A program made the position numbers and the translations under genes. 28,258 nt of DNA from a virus (Duplodnaviria > Caudoviricetes). The notes under the pieces are model-generated. The model saw only the letters and a list, made by a program, of their open reading frames with translations, had not been told where the DNA came from and did no database searches. Shown here in pieces: positions 1 to 8,749 of the stretch. Location: positions 1 to 28,258 of the IMG/VR virus record IMGVR_UViG_3300037311_000506; one strand, 5' to 3'. The first letter of the stretch is position 1; every line of letters begins with the position of its first letter.

Positions 1-450
1 CCCGTGGGTTTCGCGGGCGCGTTGCAGCGTTGTCGCACCGCGGAGGCATCCGCGGGCGAGCTTTACACGCGCCTCCTCCGCGAGGCCGCCGCCGAGCGCG
101 ACGCCGACCGCCGCGCCTCCCTCACCGCCGAGGCGGAGCAGGCGCGCCGCGCGTGGGACGAGTTGGTCGACCGCCTCCGCGCGATGGAGCGCGACGCCGA
201 GAAAATCCTCTCCGCTTCCGGCCGCATCTGGCTCGCCGACGACGTGCTCGCCTCGCTGGAAGTCGCACACCTCGCCTTGCGCGAGGGCGTGCGCGGCCTG
301 CTCCGCCGCATCCGTCCCCGCCTCGCTACGCTCCCGCCCGCCGAGCAAGACGCCGCGTGGCACGCCGAGGTCGAGGCGCTCTTCGCCGGCCTCCGCGCGA
401 ACAAGTTCACCGCCCCGCCCGCCGATTCGCCGCCGGCCGTCGCCGCATGA
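1..450 (+). CDS. Terminase small subunit-like protein (Nu1 position), 5'-truncated by the window edge
   Basis: Frame is open from base 1. Helical coiled-coil protein whose TGA overlaps the terL ATG (ATGA at 447-450). Call rests mainly on synteny. Confidence 0.65.
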   Translation, partial: PVGFAGALQRCRTAEASAGELYTRLLREAAAERDADRRASLTAEAEQARRAWDELVDRLRAMERDAEKILSASGRIWLADDVLASLEVAHLALREGVRGLLRRIRPRLATLPPAEQDAAWHAEVEALFAGLRANKFTAPPADSPPAVAA

Positions 451-2510
451 CCGCCGCACCCGACTCGCTCGCCCTCCCCCTCGCCGACGCCGCCCCGCCC
501 GCCGACCTGGACTCGCCCGCGCCCGCTGTCGCCGCCGCCATCGCGGCCGCGCTCGCCCGCATCAATCCCGAGGTTCACGCGCAGCTCGCCGCCGCCCTCG
601 CCCGCATCTACGCTCCCGCCTGCGACCTCTCGTGTTGGGCGTGGGTTCACGCGCACATCGTCATCACGCCGGACGAGTCGCGCGACCATCACGGCCCCTA
701 TGACGGCACCCTGACGCCCTACGTCCGCCGCCTGATGGATTTCGTCACCTCGCCCGCCGCGCAGGAACGCGAACTCATCATCCGCAAATCCGCGCAACTC
801 GGCTTCACCTTGGCGACCTTGCTTGTCATCTGCTACGTCGCCGCCACGCGCCCGACCCACGTCCTCTACGCGATGGACTCCGCGAAGGAGGCGAAGAACA
901 TTTCCCTTCGCCTGCAACGTCTCCTCACGACGAACCGCGCGCTCGACGGCGTGTTCACGGACGAGGGCGCCGACGATCTGCAAAACCTCCTCCTCCACCT
1001 CCGCGGGATGGATGTCCACCTCTGCGGCTCCGGTTCGGCCGGCGCCTTCGCCAACAAGTCCGTCGGCCTCGCCATCCTTGAGGAACTCGACAAGCACATC
1101 CCCGCGCCCGGGGGCCACGCCGACACGATTGACCTCGCGCGTGATCGCCTGAAAAAAGTCGCCGAGGGCAAGCTCATCGCGGGCGGCACGCCGCAGGGAT
1201 TCGAGGCTCAGACGAATCAGAATTTCCTCTCCGGCTCGCGCGAGGAACTCCACGCGCCTTGCCCGCACTGCGATCATTTTCAGCCGTTCCACTGGGACCA
1301 GATTCGTTTCGAGCACTGCAAAGACCTCGCCGGTTCGTGGGACTATGACCGCGTGCTCGCCGAGACGTTTCTCGAATGCGAATTCTGCCACCAGCCGATT
1401 CGCGACGCCGACAAGCGCCGCATCCTGCCGCGCGCCCGCTGGGTGGCGCACAACACCGGCGCCGACGATCACAAGCCCTACCCCGGCCGCGTCTCGATTT
1501 GGATCTCCGACCTCTACTCGCAGGACGCGCAAACGACGTGGGGCCGCCTCGCCGCCAAGTTCATCGATGCGCAGAAATCGCCCTCGAAACTCCGTAATTT
1601 TTTCAACGAGACGCTCGGCGTCCCGCGCAAGGAAGCGAAGACCGAGGTCACCCAAAGCGATCTCTACAAACTCGCGGGCGGCTACGAGCACGGCTGCATC
1701 CCCAAGGCGCCCGCGCTCAATCCCGCGACCGGCGCCGCCGCCGTCGTCCTCTGCGCCGACGTGCAGGCCGCCGAAAAGAAATGGGTCAAGGTGGGTTTCC
1801 GCGCCGACGGCGAGGCGTTCGTCATCGATTACGGCCGCTGCCTTTCCTACTCCGAGCTGCTCGCCATCGCCGACGATCCGGTGTGGGTCGGCTTCCGCAA
1901 ACCCGCCAAGGACGAACTCGACGCCCTCCGCGCCGAGGCCATCGCGTCGAGCCGCGACTATTTCGCACTGCTCCGCGAGCGGTTCCCCGGCCAAGCGTGG
2001 CACGCCTCGAGCGTCGGCCTGATTGACGAGGGCCACGAGACGTTCGTCGTCCGCGATTTCTGCCACAGCACCGGCGACGCTTCGGCCTCGCCGCCGACAC
2101 CACCGCGCTTCTTCCCCGCCAAGGGCGTGCCCCGCGCGCACGTCCGCGACATCGTGACGGAGGTCGTCGACAAATTCAAAACGACCGGCGGCGACTTCAT
2201 CACCGTCTATCACTTTTCGGACGACGATCTGAAACGCGAACTCTACCTCGGCCGCATCGGCGAGTTCGACGCCATCGCTAAGGGCAAGTCAGCCGTCCCC
2301 CGCCTCTGGCTCCCCCAATACGCCGAGCCCGAATTCATCGCGGAACTCTGCCAGGAAAAGCGCGGCCTCGTTCTGCACCGCGGCCGGCCGACCTGGCTCT
2401 GGCTGGAGCCCAAAGCCGCGAACGACTGGGGCGACGCGCTCAAGATGGCCCTCGGCCTCTGGCACGTCATCAAGGCGCAGTTCGCCGTGACGCCCGCCGC
2501 CCCGACCTAG
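447..2510 (+). CDS. terL: Terminase large subunit, lambda GpA family (687 aa)
   Basis: GpA-type Walker A IIRKSAQLGFT, Walker B-like LAILEELD, CPHC and CEFC zinc motifs, NFFNETLG, nuclease-like CADVQ and C-terminal NDWGDA. Start chosen at ATG 447 (ATGA coupling). Confidence 0.93.
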   Translation: MTAAPDSLALPLADAAPPADLDSPAPAVAAAIAAALARINPEVHAQLAAALARIYAPACDLSCWAWVHAHIVITPDESRDHHGPYDGTLTPYVRRLMDFVTSPAAQERELIIRKSAQLGFTLATLLVICYVAATRPTHVLYAMDSAKEAKNISLRLQRLLTTNRALDGVFTDEGADDLQNLLLHLRGMDVHLCGSGSAGAFANKSVGLAILEELDKHIPAPGGHADTIDLARDRLKKVAEGKLIAGGTPQGFEAQTNQNFLSGSREELHAPCPHCDHFQPFHWDQIRFEHCKDLAGSWDYDRVLAETFLECEFCHQPIRDADKRRILPRARWVAHNTGADDHKPYPGRVSIWISDLYSQDAQTTWGRLAAKFIDAQKSPSKLRNFFNETLGVPRKEAKTEVTQSDLYKLAGGYEHGCIPKAPALNPATGAAAVVLCADVQAAEKKWVKVGFRADGEAFVIDYGRCLSYSELLAIADDPVWVGFRKPAKDELDALRAEAIASSRDYFALLRERFPGQAWHASSVGLIDEGHETFVVRDFCHSTGDASASPPTPPRFFPAKGVPRAHVRDIVTEVVDKFKTTGGDFITVYHFSDDDLKRELYLGRIGEFDAIAKGKSAVPRLWLPQYAEPEFIAELCQEKRGLVLHRGRPTWLWLEPKAANDWGDALKMALGLWHVIKAQFAVTPAAPT

Positions 2511-2689
2511 GGGAGAAATCCTTCGCCCCGGGGAACCAACGTCGTCCCACTTACGTCTAAACCCCAGCTCGCCGTGCCCGATGTCATTCCCATGGGGCGT
2601 TTGCGCCGGCCCGCATACGTGTGTAATTTTACAATCAGGGCGCTTGCCTACCGGGCAAAAACCCAAAAACATTCCACCACTTTTGCCAT

Positions 2690-2878
2690 ATGGCTGATAA
2701 GAAAAACGTCCCAGCGGTATCGTCCGATCCTAAGCCGGAGACCATGAAAATGGCCGCCGAAGCCCGCACGAAGTCGAATCACTTGAGCGACGCGCAGCGC
2801 GAAGCGTCGTTCAACCACGGCATGAGTTTGATTTATGGCGGCTCCTCTCACGTCGCGGCCAAAGCTGGCCGCCCTTGA
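2690..2878 (+). CDS. Small protein, putative antitoxin partner of the downstream PIN protein (moron)
   Basis: 62 aa, overlaps the PIN gene start by 44 nt; lower-GC cassette with an AT-rich upstream region. Confidence 0.55.
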   Translation: MADKKNVPAVSSDPKPETMKMAAEARTKSNHLSDAQREASFNHGMSLIYGGSSHVAAKAGRP

Positions 2879-3344
2879 TACCAACATTCCGCTCGATCTC
2901 GCTCAGGATGGGGCCGCGGCTCACAATCTCGTCCTCCGCTTGATCAGATTGGGTTTCATCCCAATCGTAACGCAGACCGTTGTGCAAGAACTTGGCCACT
3001 TGGCCATGAACGGGGCCAGTCCTCGCACGCGAGACAGCGCAGCTACCGCCCTCAGTTCGCTTCGCGCTTGGGGTATTCAGCCGCTGACATTGAAGCCGGT
3101 CGGCAATGGGATCTGCGATGTGGCGGCTGATGTCATCGCCAACCGCCGTCTCCTGCCCGAGGAAGAGCGCAACGACGCCTACGTGCTCGTCGAAAGCGGA
3201 GTCTGTGGCGCCGCCCTCCTGCTCACCTGGGACAATCACCTCCTCTCCGCTTCCAACGAAGCGCTCAATGATGTGCTGAAGTCCTTCGATTTGCATCCAG
3301 TTCAAATCTTGCATCCCAAAGTAATTCTCGAACGGAACCGGTAG
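2835..3344 (+). CDS. PIN-domain (VapC-like) ribonuclease toxin (moron)
   Basis: PIN acidic motifs LAALDTNI, TVVQEL, RNDAYVL, LLTWDNHL. Confidence 0.85.
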   Translation: MAAPLTSRPKLAALDTNIPLDLAQDGAAAHNLVLRLIRLGFIPIVTQTVVQELGHLAMNGASPRTRDSAATALSSLRAWGIQPLTLKPVGNGICDVAADVIANRRLLPEEERNDAYVLVESGVCGAALLLTWDNHLLSASNEALNDVLKSFDLHPVQILHPKVILERNR

Positions 3345-3356
3345 GCCCCCCCCTTT

Positions 3357-3377
3357 TTTGACACGCCCGCGCGTGCG
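3357..3377 (+). promoter_or_regulatory. TTTGACAC-N12-start element, copy 1 (putative non-canonical late promoter)
   Basis: TTGACA at 3358-3363, 13 nt before GTG 3377; no -10 box at canonical spacing. Confidence 0.6.
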
Positions 3378-3694
3378 TGGACTCCACCGCGCGCATCGAA
3401 GCCTACAAGACCGGCCTTCGCCTGATTTACCCGGCGACGGTTGCCGGCACCGCCGCGTTGCGCGCCGCGATTCTCGTCCTGATGGACGACGCCACCGGCG
3501 GCGCCGGGGATTCCGTCGTCATCACGCAACAGGGTTTCGAGGGCGGGCAGGCGACGGGCCAGCTCACGCTTGAACCGCTCGCAAAATTGCAGGCGATGAC
3601 GGACCTGCTCGCCGAGATCGATCCCGACAACGCGCCCGTCGCGCCGGCCGCCACGCGCTTTGCGGATTTCAGTTGCAGCCCGCTCGAAACATGA
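3377..3694 (+). CDS. Head-completion / head-tail joining protein (gpW position)
   Basis: 105 aa directly upstream of the portal and coupled to it by ATGA; synteny with lambda-like heads. Confidence 0.6.
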   Translation: MDSTARIEAYKTGLRLIYPATVAGTAALRAAILVLMDDATGGAGDSVVITQQGFEGGQATGQLTLEPLAKLQAMTDLLAEIDPDNAPVAPAATRFADFSCSPLET

Positions 3695-5340
3695 GCCGCC
3701 GCCACCGCCTCGCCCCCGCCGCCGCGGCCCACCGGTTCCCCGCCCCCTCCGCCGACACGCCCGCGCCGCACCCGTCCGGCACCTTCGCCGGCTGGGGCAG
3801 CAACGGCCATCACGGCGCCGACAACTCGCGCCTCCGCGGCTACGCCTATTTTCCCGAACTCGACACGCGCCGCGAAATTTCCAGCTACACGCGCAACGAG
3901 ATTCTCCGCAAGGTCCGGTTCCTCTACGCGAATCACGGCATCGCCAAGCGCACGATCAACGGCCTCGCGCGCCTCGTCGCCGGCACCGGCCTCACCCCGC
4001 AGGCGATGACGAAGGACACGCGATGGAACGCCCTCGCCGAAAAGTTTTTCGCCAACGCGACGGGCAGCCCGTTCGTCTTCGACACCGGCGGCCGCTACAA
4101 CTTCCCCAAGTCGCAACAGTCTTTGCTCCGCTTCCGCTACCGCGACGGCGACGCAGCCGCCCTGCTCGCCGAGAGCGCGGCCGGTGGCGCGCGCTTCGCG
4201 TTCTACGAGGGCCACAACATCGGCAACGGCGAGCTGGCGGCCGGCGAGAATGCCGAACTGTGGCGCGACGGCGTCCGCCACGATGCACAGAACCGCGCGC
4301 GGTCGTATCGCTTCATCGGCAACGGCGAGGGGCAGCGCGACATCCCCGCGGAGAACGTGATTTTCTTTGCCGACTATGAGCGCGCCGGCCAGTCGCGCGG
4401 CCTCTCCGTCCTGTCGCACGCGATCAATCACCTGCTCGATTCCGCGGAAATCACCGGGTTCATCAAGGCCGGCGTCAAGCTCTCCAACCAATACGGCTAT
4501 TGGATCGAGTATGAGAACGGCGCGACGAAGCCGCCGCAGACCGCGGGCGCGCGCGTCGGCGGCACGGGCAACACGGAAAAAATCTCGACGCCCGCCGGCC
4601 CGATCACGCTGGAGCGGATCTACTGCGCGGGCGCGCTCCCCGATCTGCCGGTCGGCGCCAAGCTCCGTTTCAACGCGTCCACCCACCCGCACCCGAACAA
4701 TCTTTCGCTGATTGAATTTCTCATCCGTGACATCGCGTGGGGCGTCGGCCTCTCGCCGGAAATCCTCTGGAACATCGCGGCCCTCGGCGGCGCCAACACG
4801 CGCTTTGTCCTCGCCGATGCGCAGGGCTGGATCGAAGAACAGCAGGCCGAACTCGTCCGCCTCTACAATTCGCGCGTGTGGGTTTACACGCTCGCGAAGG
4901 CGATGAAGTCGGGCCAGCTCCCGCGCTGCACCGATCCCGAGTGGTGGGTTCACGGGTGGATTCCGCCGCCGCGCCTCACCGTCGATTTCGGCCGCGATGG
5001 GAAGCTGCACCTGGAACAGCTCAAGATGGGCGTCATCACTTACTCGCGCTTGCTCGGCTGGCAGGGTCAGGACTTCGAGTCGCACACGAACCGCTGGCTC
5101 GACGAACTCGCCTTCATGAAGGCCGGGATGCAGTCGCGCGGCCTCACGTGGGACGACGTGCAGCAGTGGCGCAACTCCGTCGGCTTCCGCCCGGACAACG
5201 CCGACACCGACGGCGCGGCCGGCGACGGCTTCGCCGCCGATCCTTCGACCGCCTCCGCGCAGCTCGCCGCCCTCGCCAAAGACCCCGCGGCCGCCGCGAA
5301 AGTCTTCGCCCAACTCCGCGCCCTTCCCGAGGCCGCCTGA
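3691..5340 (+). CDS. Portal protein, lambda family (549 aa)
   Basis: Motifs RFLYANHGIAKRTINGLARLVAGTGLTPQ, RDGDAAALL, DGVRHDAQNR, IPAENVIFFADYERAGQSRGLS. Confidence 0.9.
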   Translation: MSRRHRLAPAAAAHRFPAPSADTPAPHPSGTFAGWGSNGHHGADNSRLRGYAYFPELDTRREISSYTRNEILRKVRFLYANHGIAKRTINGLARLVAGTGLTPQAMTKDTRWNALAEKFFANATGSPFVFDTGGRYNFPKSQQSLLRFRYRDGDAAALLAESAAGGARFAFYEGHNIGNGELAAGENAELWRDGVRHDAQNRARSYRFIGNGEGQRDIPAENVIFFADYERAGQSRGLSVLSHAINHLLDSAEITGFIKAGVKLSNQYGYWIEYENGATKPPQTAGARVGGTGNTEKISTPAGPITLERIYCAGALPDLPVGAKLRFNASTHPHPNNLSLIEFLIRDIAWGVGLSPEILWNIAALGGANTRFVLADAQGWIEEQQAELVRLYNSRVWVYTLAKAMKSGQLPRCTDPEWWVHGWIPPPRLTVDFGRDGKLHLEQLKMGVITYSRLLGWQGQDFESHTNRWLDELAFMKAGMQSRGLTWDDVQQWRNSVGFRPDNADTDGAAGDGFAADPSTASAQLAALAKDPAAAAKVFAQLRALPEAA

Positions 5341-5360
5341 CCTCTCGCCTTCCCCGCCGG

Positions 5361-5388
5361 CCCATCACCTCTCGCCCATCACCCATCA
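5361..5388 (+). repeat. Pyrimidine-rich heptamer tandem repeat (4 units)
   Basis: cccatca cctctcg cccatca cccatca, upstream of the protease start. Confidence 0.6.
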
Positions 5389-5414
5389 CCCGCGGGCGCG
5401 TCCCGCGCCCGCCC

Positions 5415-6296
5415 ATGCGCCCCACCGCCGCCGTCATCGCCCAACTGCTCGCCGATCTGCTCTGCCATCCCGTCGGGATGCGCGCGCCGGAGCATTCCCT
5501 TTTCGTGCAAAGTCTCATCAAAGGCCACACCTCCCTCGCCGACGTGCGCGCCGAGGACACCGGCGGCGAGGACAGCGAGCCGTGGTCGTGGGAACTCCCG
5601 ATCTACGAAGTCGTCGACGGCGTCGCGCTCGTCCAAGTCTTCGGCAAAATCGTCAAGGGCTACGACGATTTTACGTGCTGGTATTTCGGGCTCATGTCCA
5701 CGGACCGGCTCCAGCGCGCGATTGACGAACTCGCCGCGCGCTCCGACGTGGCGGCCGTCCTCTTCTGGCTCAACACCCCGGGCGGTTCCTCCGCCGGGAT
5801 GCCGGAGACGGCCGACGCGATTGTCGCGCTCGGCGAATCCAAGCTCACCGTAGCCTTCTCCGCCGACACCGCCGCGTCGAATGGCTACCGGCTCGCCGCC
5901 GCGTGCCGGCAAATCTTCTGCACGCGCAGCGCCGTGCTCGGCTCCATCGGCACCTATCTCGCGTTCTACGACTACACCGAGATGCTGACGGCCGCCGGCA
6001 TCAAGCTGGAGCTGTTGGTCCGCGGCAAATACAAGGCGGCCGGCGTCGCGGGCAAACCGCTCTCCGACGATCAGCGCGCGTTTCTCGACGAATGGGTGGG
6101 CCGGTGCGACGATCTATTCAAGACCTTCGTCACCGCGCGCCGCCCCGGCGTGTCGGCCGACACGATGCAAGGCCAGTGGTTCGACGGCGAGCAGGCCGTC
6201 ACGCTCGCCCTCGCCGACCGCCTCGTCTCCGGCCTCCCCGAGCTGCTCGCCGAATTGCGCGCCTCGATTTCACCCGCGCGGGCCGCCGCGATTTGA
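5415..6296 (+). CDS. S49 (SppA/ClpP-class) head maturation protease, lambda gpC-like (293 aa)
   Basis: LNTPGG, AASNGY (catalytic Ser region), GSIG and GKYK motifs; follows the portal. Confidence 0.9.
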   Translation: MRPTAAVIAQLLADLLCHPVGMRAPEHSLFVQSLIKGHTSLADVRAEDTGGEDSEPWSWELPIYEVVDGVALVQVFGKIVKGYDDFTCWYFGLMSTDRLQRAIDELAARSDVAAVLFWLNTPGGSSAGMPETADAIVALGESKLTVAFSADTAASNGYRLAAACRQIFCTRSAVLGSIGTYLAFYDYTEMLTAAGIKLELLVRGKYKAAGVAGKPLSDDQRAFLDEWVGRCDDLFKTFVTARRPGVSADTMQGQWFDGEQAVTLALADRLVSGLPELLAELRASISPARAAAI

Positions 6297-6312
6297 CACG
6301 GCCGCGCCTGCA
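6292..6312 (+). promoter_or_regulatory. TTTGACAC element, copy 2
   Basis: TTGACA at 6293-6298 overlaps the protease stop; ATG 6321 lies 22 nt downstream; precedes scaffold and capsid genes. Confidence 0.55.
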
Positions 6313-6320
6313 TCCTTCCC

Positions 6321-7034
6321 ATGACTAAAGCCCAACGCGCCCGCCTCGCCGCGCTTCACGCGCTCGCCACCCGCACCGCCGCCGAAGACGCGGAATTGGT
6401 TTCCCTAAAAACCCTCGCCACCGCGCACCCGGACACATCGAAAGACACGGACGCCCCCGCGGCCGCCGCCCCCGCTGCCGCCTCGCCGGCCGCCCCCGCA
6501 AATTCACCCGCCTCGGGTGAGTCCCCCGCCGGACTCGCCCAACCTCCCGCGCCCGCCGGTCTCGCGGGCATCCTGCAAACCGCGTTCGCCTCCGTCCGCA
6601 GCCGCGTCGCCGTCTCCGCCGATCTCACGACGGCGCGGGCGCACGTGGCGACCGTGACGGCCGAGCGCGACACCGCCCGCACGGACCTCGCCGCGGCTCG
6701 CTCTCAGCTCTCAGCCCTCAGCTCTCAGCTCAGTGCGATGGCCGGTTTCTTTGGCTTGAAACCGGAGCAGCTCGCCGGCCTCGATGCCGCCGCCGCGACC
6801 GCGCTCGTCTCGCGCAGAATCGCCGACACCGCCACGGAACAGGTCGCCGCCCTCGGCTTCAACGTGACGGCCGTCCCGCCGACTGCGCCGGGCAACGGTG
6901 GCAGCGCCGCCGACACGCTGGAGGAAGTGCAATCCGAGATGGCCGGCTGCAAAGACCCGGTCGCGCTCGGCAAGCTCGCCGCCAAGGCCAACGCCCTCCG
7001 CGAAAAAGCGTGGGCCAACCCCGGCAAGAACTAA
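6321..7034 (+). CDS. Putative scaffolding protein (Ala-rich, coiled-coil)
   Basis: 237 aa between protease and capsid; low complexity with coiled-coil segments. Confidence 0.6.
   Translation: MTKAQRARLAALHALATRTAAEDAELVSLKTLATAHPDTSKDTDAPAAAAPAAASPAAPANSPASGESPAGLAQPPAPAGLAGILQTAFASVRSRVAVSADLTTARAHVATVTAERDTARTDLAAARSQLSALSSQLSAMAGFFGLKPEQLAGLDAAAATALVSRRIADTATEQVAALGFNVTAVPPTAPGNGGSAADTLEEVQSEMAGCKDPVALGKLAAKANALREKAWANPGKN
6701..6728 (+). repeat. Heptamer tandem repeat inside a CDS (4 units)
   Basis: ctctcag ctctcag ccctcag ctctcag, read as part of SQLSALSSQLSA. Confidence 0.75.
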
Positions 7035-7095
7035 CCCGCTCGCCCGCCCGATTTCATCCCATCGCCCGCACCTCTCACCCTTCGCCCTTTTTCCC

Positions 7096-8520
7096 ATGAA
7101 CAAGCTCCTCCGCAGAATCGCCCGCAAGGCGTCCCGTCTCCCCGTGTGCATCGGCTGGCCGCTGCACGCGTTCCTCGTCTTCCTTGTCGTCATCGCCGCC
7201 ACGACCGCCGCAACGGCGTGGAATCTGTTCGCCGCGCCGCGCGGCTTCCGGCCCTTCACTCCGCCGCTCGCCCTCGGCGTCACGCTGACGACCTCCCAGG
7301 TCTTGCTCGATGTCATCGGCGCGTTCCGCCGTTGGTTCCCCGGCCTCGCCATGCTCGGCACCGATTTCCGCGCGAAGCCGCTCAAGCTTAATCAGACCTA
7401 CATCGCGCACATCGCGAGCCTCCCCGTCGCCTCGACCTTCGACCGCTCACAGGGCGGCTACAAGAACGGCGCGCAGTCGGCCCGCGGCCTGCTCGCCGAC
7501 GTGCCCGTCTTCGTCGACGGCCATCCCACGTGCCCGCTCCGGTGGGAACACCTCGACCAGATCAAGGATCAGAAGAACGAATACGGCGAGGTCGTGAGCA
7601 ACACCGGCTTTGTCATCGCCAAGGGCGCGAGCGACACCGGCGTTTTCGCCAAGATGACGACGCGCTTTTTCAGCCGCGAGGTCATCTCCACCGTCGCGAA
7701 TGCCGATTACGATTGGCTGCAAGACCTCGTCACCGCGGGCAACGCCGCGGGCCAGCTCCCCACCGGGCGCGTCCTGTTCGTCAACAGCGCAGTGGCCAAC
7801 ATCCTCGCGGTCGATCCCCGGATGATTTCCAAGGACTACGCGGGCCAGCAACTCGACGGCAACGCCTACCGCCAGTGGCGCAACGTCGGCGGCTTCGCGC
7901 TGATTCAGGAATACCCGGACCTGCCGTCGAACAACGGCCCGGTGCTCACCGGGATCACCGGCGTCGCCGCGACGGACATCATCACCAAGGTCGCGCACGG
8001 CCTCGTCACCGGCGATCCCTTCGTGTTTGCCTCGCTCGGCGGCGGCGCGGGCCTCGCCGCCCTCACGAAGTATTGGGTCATCCGGCTCGACAACGACACG
8101 TTCAAGCTCGCGACGACCTACGCCCTCGCCGTCGCCGGCACGCCGATCAACTTCACGACGGACATCACGTCCTCGCCCGGCGCCCTCACGGAAAATCTCA
8201 TCGCTTTCTCCGCCGACAAGAAAGCTTTCGCCTTCCTCGCCGGCCTGCCCGACGGGATGCAGACGGACATCTGCGAAGTCCTCGGCATCCCGCGCACGAT
8301 GATTTTCGAGAGCATCGTCGACCCGTCTTCTCAGCAGGCGATGGCCGCCGCCAAGTGGCAGGAAGGCGGCACGGGCGATGCCTACTTTGTCCCGACCTTC
8401 GTCTTCGGCACGCACGCCGGCAAGCAGGGCGATGCGACGACCTCCGTCCTCGCCGCCGCCAAGGCCGCCGACACGGGGTGCGACAAGGCCGGCATCCGCG
8501 TCACGAGCGGCGCCGTCTGA
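7096..8520 (+). CDS. Major capsid protein (474 aa) with a hydrophobic N-terminal extension and an inserted beta domain
   Basis: Position after protease/scaffold; capsid-like segments GRVLFVNSAVANIL and ENLIAF; followed by a strong hairpin. Confidence 0.75.
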   Translation: MNKLLRRIARKASRLPVCIGWPLHAFLVFLVVIAATTAATAWNLFAAPRGFRPFTPPLALGVTLTTSQVLLDVIGAFRRWFPGLAMLGTDFRAKPLKLNQTYIAHIASLPVASTFDRSQGGYKNGAQSARGLLADVPVFVDGHPTCPLRWEHLDQIKDQKNEYGEVVSNTGFVIAKGASDTGVFAKMTTRFFSREVISTVANADYDWLQDLVTAGNAAGQLPTGRVLFVNSAVANILAVDPRMISKDYAGQQLDGNAYRQWRNVGGFALIQEYPDLPSNNGPVLTGITGVAATDIITKVAHGLVTGDPFVFASLGGGAGLAALTKYWVIRLDNDTFKLATTYALAVAGTPINFTTDITSSPGALTENLIAFSADKKAFAFLAGLPDGMQTDICEVLGIPRTMIFESIVDPSSQQAMAAAKWQEGGTGDAYFVPTFVFGTHAGKQGDATTSVLAAAKAADTGCDKAGIRVTSGAV

Positions 8521-8611
8521 GCTTGTCCGTCATGAACCGCGGCTCGGCTCGCCTTAGCTCGTCCCGAGCGACGGCGGCCCACCCACCGGTTTGCCGCTCC
8601 TAAAACCAAAT

Positions 8612-8652
8612 CCCCGCCGCGGACCAACACCGGTTCCTAGTCCGCGGCGGGG
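8612..8652 (+). terminator. 13-bp perfect GC hairpin downstream of the capsid gene (terminator/attenuator or mRNA stabiliser)
   Basis: ccccgccgcggac (8612-8624) pairs with gtccgcggcgggg (8640-8652); only a weak U tract follows. Confidence 0.55.
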
Positions 8653-8666
8653 TTCAATTCTCCGGT

Positions 8667-8687
8667 CTCTCAACTTTCAACCCTCAA
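8667..8687 (+). repeat. Heptamer tandem repeat (3 units)
   Basis: ctctcaa ctttcaa ccctcaa. Confidence 0.7.
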
Positions 8688-8735
8688 CCGTAGCGCCTCG
8701 ATGGCGCGAAGTCCTGAGCCCTGCGGCGAAGGATC
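8681..8735 (+). repeat. 55-bp REP-like double-hairpin repeat, copy 1
   Basis: 51/55 identical to 9747-9801; GTAGCGCC-loop-GGCGCGAAG followed by TCCTGAGCC-GGCGAAGGA. Confidence 0.85.
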
Positions 8736-8749
8736 AATCTCCCAATCCC

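Noticed and set aside
30-446. Long N-terminal extensions given by the ORF track (terL from 30, protease from 4737, capsid from 6898, TMP from 16044)
   Set aside because: Arg/Pro-rich off-frame read-through overlapping upstream genes; coupled or leader-supported downstream starts fit better.
63-2213. Long minus-strand ORFs (also 3427-5313, 9361-10665, 14637-16073, 16902-18548)
   Set aside because: Antisense shadows of well-supported GC-rich genes; no motifs of their own.
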